DNA from: Prevotella sp.
Lineage (GTDB): Bacteria; Bacteroidota; Bacteroidia; Bacteroidales; Bacteroidaceae
NCBI GenBank assembly: GCA_052355365.1
Contig: DAWDCC010000005.1
Span: 5,629 to 69,628, forward strand
DNA length: 64,000 nt
Direction: 5' to 3'
Numbering within the stretch: position 1 is the first letter of the stretch; every line of letters begins with the position of its first letter. The notes under the pieces are model-generated. The model saw nothing but the letters and a program-made list of their open reading frames with translations, was not told the origin of the DNA and did no database searches. The position numbers were made by a program, and so were the translations under genes. Positions 1 through 9,184 of this stretch are shown in pieces.

Positions 1-2
1 AG

Positions 3-956
3 ATGATCAAGGACGGAAACTTCCCAACTGTCGACCGTCCTAACCCGGAGTTTGCCGAGGCTCTGACGCTCGGACTGCGCGACGCTAAGAAGCTCGATGC
101 TGACATTCTCATGGCTTCTGACCCGGATGCTGACCGCGTGGGCATGGCCTGCAAGAACGATAAGGGTGAGTGGGTGCTCATCAATGGCAACCAGACCTGT
201 CTGATCTTCTTGTGGTATATCATCACGAACCGCAAGGCTAAGGGCTTGCTCAAGCCGACAGACTTCATCGTGAAGACGATTGTCACCACAGAGGTGATCC
301 GTAAGATCGCAGAGAAACAGCGTATCAAGATGCGTGACTGCTACACGGGCTTCAAGTGGATTGCCCGCGAGATCGCTCTCTCAGAAGGCAAACAGCAGTA
401 TATCGGCGGCGGTGAGGAGAGCTATGGCTTCCTTGCTGAGGATTTCGTGCGCGATAAGGACGCCGTATCTGCTTGCTCGCTGTTGGCCGAGATCTGCGCT
501 TATGCTAAGGATCAGGGCAAGACGCTCTACGACATCCTCATGGGCATCTATCTCGAATATGGCTTCTCTAAGGAGTTCACGGTGAACGTTGAGCGTCCGG
601 GTAAGAGTGGTGCAGAGGAGATCCAGAAGATGATGAGCGACTTCCGTGCCAACCCGCCGAAGGAACTCGGTGGCTCTAAGGTCGTGCTGTGGAAAGATTA
701 TAAGACGCTGAAGGCTACTTCCGCTGATGGTAAGGTCACCGACCTTGCTATGCCGGAGGCCAGCAACGTACTGCAGTGGTTCTGCGACGACGACACCAAG
801 GTGAGCGTACGTCCGTCAGGAACAGAGCCGAAGATCAAGTTCTATATTGAGGTGAAGGATACCATGACGGAGGCTTCACAGTATGAAGGACTGGACAGGA
901 AAGGCATGAAGAAGATCGAGGCTATCAAGAAGAGCCTTGGTCTTGAGAATGATTAA
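3..956 (+). CDS. Phosphoglucomutase/phosphomannomutase-family phospho-sugar mutase, C-terminal part (5' end lies outside the window)
   Basis: The ORF is open to the window start. The C-terminal alpha-D-phosphohexomutase signature RPSGTEPKIKFYIEV is present. The frame is clean and GC-rich, and a terminator follows. Confidence 0.85.
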   Translation: MIKDGNFPTVDRPNPEFAEALTLGLRDAKKLDADILMASDPDADRVGMACKNDKGEWVLINGNQTCLIFLWYIITNRKAKGLLKPTDFIVKTIVTTEVIRKIAEKQRIKMRDCYTGFKWIAREIALSEGKQQYIGGGEESYGFLAEDFVRDKDAVSACSLLAEICAYAKDQGKTLYDILMGIYLEYGFSKEFTVNVERPGKSGAEEIQKMMSDFRANPPKELGGSKVVLWKDYKTLKATSADGKVTDLAMPEASNVLQWFCDDDTKVSVRPSGTEPKIKFYIEVKDTMTEASQYEGLDRKGMKKIEAIKKSLGLEND

Positions 957-979
957 ATAATCCGTTTAGATAACTTATT

Positions 980-1017
980 ATCCCCTTGCTATCGTTGTGG
1001 TGGCAAGGGGATTTTTA
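980..1017 (+). terminator. Rho-independent terminator of the phospho-sugar mutase gene
   Basis: Perfect 10-bp stem ATCCCCTTGC/GCAAGGGGAT with a 13-nt loop, followed by TTTTT. It begins 24 nt after the stop codon. Confidence 0.8.
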
Positions 1018-1020
1018 TCT

Positions 1021-1078
1021 GTCTTTACGCAAGTTTTATTTGTCTTTACGCAAGTTTTATTTGTCCTTATGCAAGGCA
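1021..1078. repeat. 21-bp tandem repeat, two perfect copies plus one degenerate copy
   Basis: GTCTTTACGCAAGTTTTATTT occurs at 1021-1041 and 1042-1062. A degenerate copy, GTCCTTATGCAAGGCA, follows. The repeat overlaps the stop codon (1057-1059) of the minus-strand RAYT-like gene. Confidence 0.9.
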
Positions 1079-2397
1079 AGTTGCAACAACTGTTGTTCCA
1101 TGTCGCTGGTCCAGGGTTCGTCACAGATCTCAAAGGCAAAGTTGTTAAGCGCGAGGCATTGCTCTCGTGTGATCGAGCGTCGCTCTGTATGGTGGGGCCA
1201 TGGTGCAAGCATGAGCAGCAGGCCTTTGGCGCAGGCTTCAAAGTACTTGCCCGGCGGTTTGTAAAGAGGCGGGAAGCCATTCTCTAATATGACGATGAGC
1301 GGATGCTGAGCGTCCAATGCAGCGCGGGCGATCTCTTTCTCACCGGGAGAGATGCATGGGCTCACCACCACACCGCCTTGGTCTCCTCTTTGTAGGAAGT
1401 ATTCTTTCTGCTTGGCGATGAGTTTGAGGTTTGTTTTGCTGGTGTTGTTGTGGCAACGAACCTGCATTCTCATAGGACGCTCCAGCAACCAGTGATTGCC
1501 GATGGCGGCAAAGGTGTGGCCGCCAAAGTGCAGTTCCCGCACGATGCGGAAGAGATCGGGATGATCTCACTTGATCATGGCGCGCAGCGGGTTTTGCTGT
1601 ACGTAGCGGATCATATTCGCCAGTTGTCCTTCACCCATGAGCACGGAGTCGTTGTAACCGGAGGCAAAGAGCGAAGGACCTTTCGCTCCCTTGCTGCGAG
1701 GAAGAGGGTGGGGAGTGTTGTCTGTTGTGCGCGCCGAATTATAATTCGGCGAACAGGACGGAGCGGACGACACGGACGGGGCGGACGACACGGACGGAGC
1801 GGAGGACAAAGCAGCCGCGGCGGAGGACAAAGCAGCCATTGCTGCATTTTGTGGGGCATCGAAAAGAAGGGAGGGGTTGAGAGCCCACCATGCTTTTGAG
1901 CAGCCGATCTTGAATCCTTTCACCATCTGCCCGAGATGGGCTTCCTGATCTTGCGTTACGAAGAGCACGCCATGCAGATGCTCGGGCATGATCTGAAGGA
2001 TGATCGTCCGCACATCAGGGTAGTAGAAGGGAATCTGCTCCCAACAATCGCGCACACGCTTCCCCAAGGGCGTGAGGTCTACGACGGCTTCACGGTCTAA
2101 TGGGGAGGGTAGGCTGGTGCCTTCTTTCGCTGTCGCTTTTGTTTCGCCAACGCTGCTGGCGTCTGCCTCTTTAGCTTTGTTAGCGGCGGTCTCGTCTGCT
2201 TTGCCTACGTTCGTCTCTTCTTTTTGTTTCCATCTGAGGGTACCCAGTAGTGGGTGGCTACGGTCTGCCAAGGTGATGGTGAGCATGTAGATGCTTCGGG
2301 TCTTGTAGTCGTGGCATTTCATGCGGTGCGTCATGGAGTGGTCGCAGTCGTAGCGCCATCCAACACCTTCTATGTAGTGAAGCTGCTTGTCCGTCAT
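1057..2397 (-). pseudogene. HUH/Y1 (IS200/RAYT-like) transposase-family gene with an unknown C-terminal domain, interrupted by one in-frame TGA at 1567-1569
   Basis: ORFs 1567..2430 and 1057..1542 share one frame (both lower coordinates are 1 mod 3). Only a TGA plus 8 sense codons (DHPDLFRI) separate them. The N-terminal part carries the HUH motif (PEHLHGVLF) and the catalytic-Tyr motif (IRYVQQNPLRA). The likely ATG is at 2397, because the track start at 2430 is a TTG overlapping a TATTTTTG -7 box. Confidence 0.6.
1756..1840. repeat. In-frame coding minisatellites inside the RAYT-like gene (18-bp units about 2.7 copies, 21-bp units 2 copies)
   Basis: GGACGGAGCGGACGACAC (1756), GGACGGGGCGGACGACAC (1774) and a partial third copy at 1792. 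Then GCGGAGGACAAAGCAGCC+3 nt at 1799 and again at 1820. On the minus strand these encode AALSSAA-AALSSAP-SVSSAP-SVSSAP. Confidence 0.9.
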
Positions 2398-2533
2398 GGT
2401 TGAAAGGTTAAATAGAAAGATGTTATGCAAAAATAAGGAGTTTCAAGGAGAAAAGCAAGGGTTTTAGGCTTCTTTTTTAAGCAGTGGTTGGAGCTTTCCT
2501 GCAGCAGGGCAAAGAACAAAAGACGGGAGAATA

Positions 2534-2564
2534 ACAAAAGCCGGCAGGATTTGCCGGCTTTTGT
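2534..2564 (-). terminator. Bidirectional-looking Rho-independent terminator ending the leu operon
   Basis: Perfect 13-bp stem ACAAAAGCCGGCA/TGCCGGCTTTTGT with a 5-nt loop, about 100 nt downstream of the leuB stop. A second palindrome, AAAAGTGCACTGCACTTTT, lies at 2573-2591. Confidence 0.75.
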
Positions 2565-2662
2565 TGTTATAGAAAAGTGCACTGCACTTTTGGTTTTGAA
2601 GGGAGTGTTTCGGTTTTCAAGCATAGGTCAGCTTGGAAGGGCGAAATACTGATCCTTAGCGA

Positions 2663-3724
2663 TTACTTGTACTCGATGTAGTTGACGATCCACTCGCCAA
2701 CCTCTTTCGTGCCATAGTGCTTGCCGCCCTCGACTTGAATCTCCGGTGTGCGCACGTTCTGCTCCAAGCTCTGATCGCAGGCCTCGCGGATGAGAGCACC
2801 TTCTTTGTTCAGTCCAAAGTGCTCGAGCATCATAGCTGCGGAGAGAATCTGAGCCAACGGGTTGGCGAGGTTCTTGCCTGCTGCCTGTGGCCAAGAGCCG
2901 TGGACGGGCTCGAAGAGCGGGGTGTGCTCGCCAAGAGAAGCGGAAGGCTGGAGCCCCATGGAACCCGTGATGGCACTCGTCTCGTCGGTGAGGATGTCGC
3001 CGAAGGTGTTTTCCGTGACGATGACATCGAAGAAGCGGGGCTCGGTGAGCACGCGCATCGAGCAGTTGTCGATGAACATATAGTCGACATTGACATCGGG
3101 ATATTTCGGTTCCATCTCCTTAGCCACCTGGCGCCACAGACGCGAGCTGGCCAGCACGTTAGCCTTGTCGACGACGGTGAGGTGGTGGTTGCGACGCTCA
3201 GCGGACTCAAAGGCCACCTTCAGGATACGCTCGATCTCGGAGCGGTGATAGATGTCGGTATCGTAAGCCTTCTCGTCGTCTTGGTATTTCTCACCGAAGT
3301 ACATACCACCGGTGAGCTCTCGGATGACCACGAAGTCAGCGCCCTTGATGAGCTCTTCCTTCAGCGGGCTCTTGTGGAGCAGGCAGTCGAAGGTGGCCAC
3401 GGGACGTACGTTGGCGAAGAGTCCGAGCTTTTTGCGCATAGCCAGCAGGCCGGTCTCAGGACGCACCTTCAGTGTCGGATTGTTGTCGAAGCGCGGATCA
3501 CCCACAGCGGCGAAGAGCACGGCGTCAGCGTCCATACAGGTTTTGAACGTCTCATCGGGGAACGGATCGCCGACGGCGTCGATGGCATGTGCACCACAGA
3601 TGGCCTCGTGATAGGTGAACTCATGGTTAAACTTCTTAGCCACCGCGTCGAGCACGTGGAGTGCCTGCGGCATGATCTCCGGTCCAATACCGTCGCCGGG
3701 GAGAACAGCAATGTTCAGTTTCAT
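2663..3724 (-). CDS. leuB: 3-isopropylmalate dehydrogenase
   Basis: 353 aa. The N-terminus [17 protein letters not shown] is typical of isocitrate/isopropylmalate dehydrogenases, and the gene is the last in a leuA-CD cluster. Confidence 0.93.
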   Translation of the reverse strand: MKLNIAVLPGDGIGPEIMPQALHVLDAVAKKFNHEFTYHEAICGAHAIDAVGDPFPDETFKTCMDADAVLFAAVGDPRFDNNPTLKVRPETGLLAMRKKLGLFANVRPVATFDCLLHKSPLKEELIKGADFVVIRELTGGMYFGEKYQDDEKAYDTDIYHRSEIERILKVAFESAERRNHHLTVVDKANVLASSRLWRQVAKEMEPKYPDVNVDYMFIDNCSMRVLTEPRFFDVIVTENTFGDILTDETSAITGSMGLQPSASLGEHTPLFEPVHGSWPQAAGKNLANPLAQILSAAMMLEHFGLNKEGALIREACDQSLEQNVRTPEIQVEGGKHYGTKEVGEWIVNYIEYK

Positions 3725-3748
3725 AATATGCTATGTATTGTTTGTTGT

Positions 3749-5311
3749 TTATTTCTTTTTGAAAATCTCTTCTTCGAAGCTGTTGAGCATCTTGAAGGTA
3801 GCCTTGATAGCAGCCTCGGTCTGGTCGGCATCGAGGCCGTGTGTACGGATGACACGTCCATTGTCGTCCTGCCATGTGATGATGGTCTGCACGAGAGCAT
3901 CGGTGTGTCCGCCGGGCGGGATGGTGACGCTATAGTTGGTCAGGCGTGGGAACGTACGGTTGAGGTTCTCACGATAAACCTTGCGGAGCGCTTTTACAAA
4001 GGCATCGTACTGACCGTCGCCGGTAGCGTCAGCGGTGTAGACCTTGCCGTTGATCTCCACTTTCAGGCTGGCGATAGGCTTCAGTCCATACGATGTGGAG
4101 ACCATATAGCTCAAGAGCTTCACGCGCTCCTCCATGGCGTCGTGGCGGTTGAGGACGTCGGAGACGATATAGGGCAGGTCGTCTTGTGTGACCACCTCCT
4201 TGCGATCACCGAGTTCCGTGATGCGCTGCGTGACCTTACGAACCTGTTCCGGGGTGAGCGTCATGCCGAGTTCTTCGAGGTTCTTCTCGATGTTGGCCTT
4301 ACCGGAGTTCTTTCCGAGGGCGAATTCACGCTTACGTCCGAAGCGCTCAGGCTTTAAGGCGTTGCTGTAGAGATTGTCTTTCTTATCACCATCAGCGTGG
4401 ACACCGGCCACCTGGGTGAAGACGTTCTCACCGACGATCGGCTCGTTGGGCGACACGGCGATGCCGCTATAGCCTTCCACGACACGGCTGATCATGTTGA
4501 GCTGGCTCTCGACGATATTCGTCTCAACGCCACACATATCTTTCAGCACAGCCTCTACGCTCGACAGCGGCGCGTTGCCGCAGCGTTCGCCGAGCCCGTT
4601 GACGGTGACGTGAATACCCGACGCACCGCAGCGGACAGCGGCCAGAGAGTCGGCCACAGCCATGTCGTAGTCGTTGTGGGCATGGAAATCGAAGCGCTTG
4701 TCGGGGTACATGTCCACCATTTTCGTGATGAAGTCCTCACACTGCGTCGGAGTGAGGATGCCCAGCGTGTCGGGCAGCAGGAAGCGCTCGATGTTGGTGT
4801 CTTTCATCGCCTCCATCATCTGGTAGACATATTCCGGGGAGTTGATCATGCCGGAACTCCAGTCCTCAAGGTAGAGGTTCACGTGGAAGTGCTTGCTCTC
4901 AGCGTAGTCGAGCACGTCGAGGATGTCCTCGATATGCTGTTCGGGCGTCTTATGGAGTTGCTGGGTACAGTGCTTGTAGGAGCCTTTAGCCAGCAGGTTG
5001 ATGACGTGGCAGCCTGTGTCAGCAATCCAGTCCACGCTCTTGTTATGGTCAACGAAGCCCAAGACCTCAATGCGGTCCAGGTATCCTGCCTGCTCAGCGA
5101 AGCGGCAGATGCCGCTGACGGCCTCTTTCTCACCTTCAGAGACGCGTGCCGAGGCCACTTCGAGACGGTCGACGTTTACTTTCTCCAACAGCAGACGTGC
5201 GATCATCAACTTCTCATGTGGCAGGAAGCTGACGCCGTTGGTCTGTTCACCGTCACGCAGGGTAGAGTCCATGATCTCGATGCGCGACTTCATCCTATTT
5301 AGTGGTTCCAT
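3749..5311 (-). CDS. 2-isopropylmalate/citramalate synthase-family paralogue (likely (R)-citramalate synthase type)
   Basis: The HMGL-like N-terminus IEIMDSTLRDGEQ is present, along with a LeuA-dimer-like C-terminus. It is a second paralogue, distinct from leuA at 7370. An alternative ATG at 5293 (MKSRIEIMD...) would remove the 13-nt overlap with leuD. Confidence 0.8.
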   Translation of the reverse strand: MEPLNRMKSRIEIMDSTLRDGEQTNGVSFLPHEKLMIARLLLEKVNVDRLEVASARVSEGEKEAVSGICRFAEQAGYLDRIEVLGFVDHNKSVDWIADTGCHVINLLAKGSYKHCTQQLHKTPEQHIEDILDVLDYAESKHFHVNLYLEDWSSGMINSPEYVYQMMEAMKDTNIERFLLPDTLGILTPTQCEDFITKMVDMYPDKRFDFHAHNDYDMAVADSLAAVRCGASGIHVTVNGLGERCGNAPLSSVEAVLKDMCGVETNIVESQLNMISRVVEGYSGIAVSPNEPIVGENVFTQVAGVHADGDKKDNLYSNALKPERFGRKREFALGKNSGKANIEKNLEELGMTLTPEQVRKVTQRITELGDRKEVVTQDDLPYIVSDVLNRHDAMEERVKLLSYMVSTSYGLKPIASLKVEINGKVYTADATGDGQYDAFVKALRKVYRENLNRTFPRLTNYSVTIPPGGHTDALVQTIITWQDDNGRVIRTHGLDADQTEAAIKATFKMLNSFEEEIFKKK

Positions 5312-5901
5312 GTTTTACGGTTCTTTTCAAAGGCCTCCACCTTGTCGCGGTTCTGCACGAGGAAGTCGACATCGTCGAGGCCATTCATCAAGCAATGCTT
5401 CTTATAACCATTGATTTCGAAGTGCTCGCTCTTGCCGGTGGCCATATTCGTGACCGTTTGGTTGGGCAGGTCCACCTTCACCTGAGCCTTATGATCCTTG
5501 GCGATGCTGTCAAAGAGTTCCTTGAGGAACGGCTCGGTGACAACGACGGGGAGCACAAAGTTGTTCAACTCATTGTTCTTATGAATGTCAGCAAAGAACG
5601 AGCTGATGACTACGCGGAAACCATAACCGGCGATGGCCCATGCGGCATGCTCGCGGCTGGAGCCTGAGCCGAAGTTCTTTCCGGCCACAAGGATACAGCC
5701 TGAATAGCTGGGATCGTTGAGTACGAAGTCCTTCTTCAGGCTGCCGTCTTTGTTATAGCGCCAGTCGCGGAAGAGGTTGTCGCCGAAGCCTTCCTTGTCA
5801 GTAGCCTTGAGGAAGCGGGCGGGGATGATTTGGTCTGTATCTACATTCTCCAATGGAAGAGGAATGCAGCTGGATGTGATGACATTGAATTTCTGTTTCA
5901 T
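5299..5901 (-). CDS. leuD: 3-isopropylmalate dehydratase small subunit
   Basis: 200 aa aconitase swivel-domain protein (GKNFGSGSSREHA) lying directly downstream of leuC. Confidence 0.92.
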   Translation of the reverse strand: MKQKFNVITSSCIPLPLENVDTDQIIPARFLKATDKEGFGDNLFRDWRYNKDGSLKKDFVLNDPSYSGCILVAGKNFGSGSSREHAAWAIAGYGFRVVISSFFADIHKNNELNNFVLPVVVTEPFLKELFDSIAKDHKAQVKVDLPNQTVTNMATGKSEHFEINGYKKHCLMNGLDDVDFLVQNRDKVEAFEKNRKTWNH

Positions 5902-5935
5902 TGTGATAATATACTGATGTGTTCAACCAAGAAGA

Positions 5936-7330
5936 TTACATGAACTCACGCGGGTCGGTGACCTTACCGGTGATAGCTGCGGCAGCTGCGACCAGCGGAC
6001 TGGCCAGGATTGTGCGTGAGCCCAGGCCCTGACGACCCTCAAAGTTACGGTTGGAGGTAGACACGCTGTAGAGTCCTGCCGGTACCTTATCATCGTTCAT
6101 GGCCAGACAAGCCGAGCATCCGGGCTGACGGATCTCGAAGCCAGCCTCGTTGAGCACCTTGTCGAGCTTCTCATTCTTGATCTGCTGTGCCACTGCCCAA
6201 GAGCCGGGGACGAGCCAAGCCACCACGTTCGGGGCCTTGTGATGTCCCTTGACCAGAGAGGCGAAAGCACGGAAGTCTTCGATGCGGCCATTGGTGCAGG
6301 CACCGAGGAACACATAGTCGATGGGATGACCGAGCAGTTTCTCGCCCGGCTCAAAGCCCATATATTTCAGACTCTTCTTGAACGAAGCCTGGTCGCTCTC
6401 AGGAATCTCGTCGAGTGTTGGGATGGTGCCGTTGATGGCAATACCCATACCTGGGTTTGTGCCGTAGGTGATACGCGGCTCAATGTCGGCTGCGTCGTAG
6501 GTCACTTCGCGGTCGAAGACAGCGTCGTCGCCTGACTTCAGTGTCTTCCAATAAGCCACGGCACGCTCCCAGTCTTCACCCTTAGGCGCATATTTCTTAC
6601 CTTTGATATAAGCAAAGGTCTTCTCGTCCGGTGCTACGAAACCACCGCGGGCACCCATCTCAATGGACAGGTTGCAGAGGGTCAGACGGCCTTCCATGCT
6701 CATGTTGCGCACCACGTCGCCGGCATACTCCACGAAGTAACCTGTAGCGCCGGAGGTTGTCAGCTGTGACATCAGGTAGAGAGCGACATCCTTGGCGGTC
6801 ACGCCCGGCTTGAGCGTACCGTTGATGTTGATGCGCATCGACTTTGGTTTTTGCTGCAGGATGCACTGTGAGGCGAGTACCATCTCCACCTCAGAAGTAC
6901 CGATACCAAAGGCGACGGCACCCATAGCGCCGTGGGTAGAGGTATGCGAGTCACCGCAGACGATGGTCATACCCGGTAGAGAGAGGCCGGTCTCGGGGCC
7001 GACGACATGGATGATACCGTTTTCGGGTGTGTTCATCTTGAATTCGGTGACACCGAACTCCTTGCAGTTCTTGTCGAGCGTGTCGATCTGTTTGCGTCCC
7101 ACGGGGTCAGCGACGGGTTTGTCCTGATCGTGAGTTTGTATGTTATGGTCGGGCATGGCATAGACCTGCTGCGGGCGGAACACCTTCAGTCCGCGTTGAC
7201 GCAAGCCTTGGAAGGCTTGAGGCGAGGTCACCTCGTGGCAGTAGAGACGGTCGATATACAACTGTGTGGGACCGTCCTTAACAATCTGGACGACGTGACT
7301 GTCCCAAATCTTATCAAACAGGGTATTCAT
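5936..7330 (-). CDS. leuC: 3-isopropylmalate dehydratase large subunit
   Basis: 464 aa aconitase-family protein. Fe-S cluster Cys motifs are present ([20 protein letters not shown]). Confidence 0.93.
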   Translation of the reverse strand: MNTLFDKIWDSHVVQIVKDGPTQLYIDRLYCHEVTSPQAFQGLRQRGLKVFRPQQVYAMPDHNIQTHDQDKPVADPVGRKQIDTLDKNCKEFGVTEFKMNTPENGIIHVVGPETGLSLPGMTIVCGDSHTSTHGAMGAVAFGIGTSEVEMVLASQCILQQKPKSMRININGTLKPGVTAKDVALYLMSQLTTSGATGYFVEYAGDVVRNMSMEGRLTLCNLSIEMGARGGFVAPDEKTFAYIKGKKYAPKGEDWERAVAYWKTLKSGDDAVFDREVTYDAADIEPRITYGTNPGMGIAINGTIPTLDEIPESDQASFKKSLKYMGFEPGEKLLGHPIDYVFLGACTNGRIEDFRAFASLVKGHHKAPNVVAWLVPGSWAVAQQIKNEKLDKVLNEAGFEIRQPGCSACLAMNDDKVPAGLYSVSTSNRNFEGRQGLGSRTILASPLVAAAAAITGKVTDPREFM

Positions 7331-7369
7331 ATATATATATATAATATGTGTTATTGGATTCTGCTTATG

Positions 7370-8872
7370 TTATTTCACTCTGAACTTATTGATGCAGTCG
7401 ATATATGCCTCGACAGACGCAGTGACGATGTCGGTGTTGGCACCGAAGCCGTAGTAGATCTGTCCGTCGTATTCCACCTGCATGTGCACCTTGCCGACGT
7501 CGTCGGAACCCTTGGAGATAGCCTGAATGGTAAACTCCTTGAGCGTCATCTGCTTGCGGACGATACGCTTCAGCGCAGAGATGGCAGCGTCGACAGGGCC
7601 GTTGCCTGTGGAGCACTCCTCGAATTTCTGACCGGCAATGTCCAGTCCGATGCTGGCCACGGAGCGCACGCCCTTTCCGGTGGTCACCTGCAGATAGTCG
7701 AGTTTCACGCTGTGGTTGGCAGTGCGGTCAGCGCCGGCGAGCATGAGCACGTCGTCGTCGGTGATCTCTTTCTTCTTGTCGGCGAGTGCGAGGAACTGCT
7801 TGTAGATCTTGTCGAGTGCCTCCTCGTCCTTGATATCCATGCCGTTGACCTCCAGGCGATAGCGGAGGGCTGCACGACCGGAGCGTGCGGTGAGCACGAT
7901 CTCGTTGTTGTCGAGTCCGATGTCTTTCGGGTCGATGATCTCGTAGGTTTGTACGTTTTTCAGCACACCGTCCTGATGGATGCCGCTGGAATGAGCGAAA
8001 GCATTGCGGCCGACAATGGCCTTGTTGGGCTGCACAGGCATGTTCATCAACGAGGAGACCATGCGCGAGATGGGATAGATCTTGCGGGTGTTGATGTTTG
8101 TGTCGATGCCAATGTTCTTATGGCATTTGAGGATCATGGCGATCTCCTCCAAGGAAGTGTTGCCAGCACGCTCGCCGATGCCATTGATCGTCACCTCTAC
8201 CTGACGCGCGCCGTTGAGTACACCTTCGAGTGTGTTGGCTGTTGCCATGCCCAGATCGTTGTGGCAGTGGGTGGAGATGATGGCCTTGTCAATGTTGTCG
8301 ACATGCTCTTTGAGGTACTTGATCTTGGCACCATACTCATTGGGCAGGCAATAGCCGGTGGTGTCGGGGATGTTGACCACAGTGGCACCGGCCTTGATGA
8401 CGGCCTCTACCACACGTGCGAGATACTCGTTGTCGGTGCGTCCGGCGTCCTCAGCATAGAACTCTACGTCGTCGACATACTTCTTGGCATAGGCCACGGC
8501 GCGCACGGCACGCTCCAGGATGTCCTCGCGGTTGGAATTGAACTTATACTTGATATGTGAGTCACTGGTTCCGATACCCGTATGGATGCGCTTGTGCTTG
8601 GCATATTTCAGCGACTCGGCGGCTACGTCGATGTCCTTTTCCACTGCACGTGTCAGTGCGCAGATAGTCGGCCATGTCACCGCTTTGGAGATTTCCACCA
8701 CAGAGTTGAAGTCCCCCGGTGAGGAGATGGGGAAGCCAGCCTCGATGACGTCCACGCCCAACAGTTCCAGTTGCTTGGCCACTTGAATCTTTTCCACTGT
8801 GTTCAACTGACAACCTGGCACCTGCTCGCCATCGCGGAGCGTCGTGTCGAAAATGTAAAGTCTGTCGCTCAT
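7370..8872 (-). CDS. leuA: 2-isopropylmalate synthase
   Basis: [24 protein letters not shown] and a LeuA allosteric C-terminal domain. The start was moved to the ATG at 8872. The ORF-track start at 8950 lies inside the loop of the upstream terminator hairpin and adds 26 non-homologous-looking residues. Confidence 0.9.
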   Translation of the reverse strand: MSDRLYIFDTTLRDGEQVPGCQLNTVEKIQVAKQLELLGVDVIEAGFPISSPGDFNSVVEISKAVTWPTICALTRAVEKDIDVAAESLKYAKHKRIHTGIGTSDSHIKYKFNSNREDILERAVRAVAYAKKYVDDVEFYAEDAGRTDNEYLARVVEAVIKAGATVVNIPDTTGYCLPNEYGAKIKYLKEHVDNIDKAIISTHCHNDLGMATANTLEGVLNGARQVEVTINGIGERAGNTSLEEIAMILKCHKNIGIDTNINTRKIYPISRMVSSLMNMPVQPNKAIVGRNAFAHSSGIHQDGVLKNVQTYEIIDPKDIGLDNNEIVLTARSGRAALRYRLEVNGMDIKDEEALDKIYKQFLALADKKKEITDDDVLMLAGADRTANHSVKLDYLQVTTGKGVRSVASIGLDIAGQKFEECSTGNGPVDAAISALKRIVRKQMTLKEFTIQAISKGSDDVGKVHMQVEYDGQIYYGFGANTDIVTASVEAYIDCINKFRVK

Positions 8873-8930
8873 ATTCTTTAATGTATTAATGTTTTTGCTT
8901 TCTCTGTTATTACCTGAAACATGCCCAAAC

Positions 8931-8964
8931 AAAAAAGCCTTCCCACTCATGGAAGTGGAAAGGC
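8931..8964 (-). terminator. Leader (attenuator) terminator upstream of leuA
   Basis: On the minus strand, GCCUUUCCAC-uuccauga-GUGGGAAGGC (one G-U pair) is followed by UUUUUUGUUU. It lies about 60 nt upstream of the leuA ATG and about 20 nt after the leader ORF stop. Confidence 0.7.
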
Positions 8965-8983
8965 TCTGTATGGTTGTTGTCCG

Positions 8984-9073
8984 TCAGACATGCACGCACA
9001 CCTTCTCACTTCCAACTGTGGGATACAGTCGAATGCTAATAATAATGCTTAGAAGGATGTACAAACTTGCCAT
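8984..9073 (-). CDS. Candidate 29-aa Leu/Ile/Val-rich leader peptide of the leu operon (MASLYILLSIIISIRLYPTVGSEKVCVHV)
   Basis: Hand translation of the minus strand from the ATG at 9073 to the TGA at 8986-8984. The peptide has 4 Leu, 6 Ile and 4 Val codons. It sits between a TACCTTTG -7 box and the terminator hairpin. Confidence 0.5.
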   Translation of the reverse strand: MASLYILLSIIISIRLYPTVGSEKVCVHV

Positions 9074-9114
9074 AACCTTATGTGTTGATTCGTATCTATT
9101 TCTGTTCGCGAGTG

Positions 9115-9122
9115 CAAAGGTA
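9115..9122 (-). promoter_or_regulatory. Bacteroidota-type -7 promoter box (TACCTTTG) for the leu leader transcript
   Basis: Matches the TAnnTTTG consensus on the minus strand, about 42 nt upstream of the leader ATG. Confidence 0.5.
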
Positions 9123-9184
9123 AACAATTCGGTCGACACGAGCAAATAATCTGAAACTTTTTTGCTTGTTTTTCTAATAATTTA

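Noticed and set aside
1567-1569. In-frame TGA in the RAYT-like gene as a selenocysteine or programmed read-through codon
   Set aside because: I could not identify a SECIS-like stem-loop immediately downstream. A transposase-family protein has no reason to use selenocysteine. Nonsense mutation or sequencing error is the simpler explanation.
2717-4357. 546-aa plus-strand ORF opposite leuB and the cimA-like gene
   Set aside because: It is an antisense shadow ORF. It overlaps two genes with strong family motifs. Its translation is the V/D/G/H/L-rich low-information sequence typical of the reverse strand of GC-rich genes, and it has no recognisable motif.
7329-7343. (AT)7 dinucleotide run in the 39-bp leuA-leuC spacer as a contingency repeat
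   Set aside because: It is short and intergenic within an operon, with no frame or promoter spacing that it could alter. It is most likely just an AT-rich spacer.
8873-8950. N-terminal 26-codon extension of leuA given by the ORF track
   Set aside because: The ATG at 8950 lies in the loop of the leader terminator hairpin, and the extension ([26 protein letters not shown]) has no counterpart in LeuA proteins. The ATG at 8872 gives the canonical [17 protein letters not shown] start.
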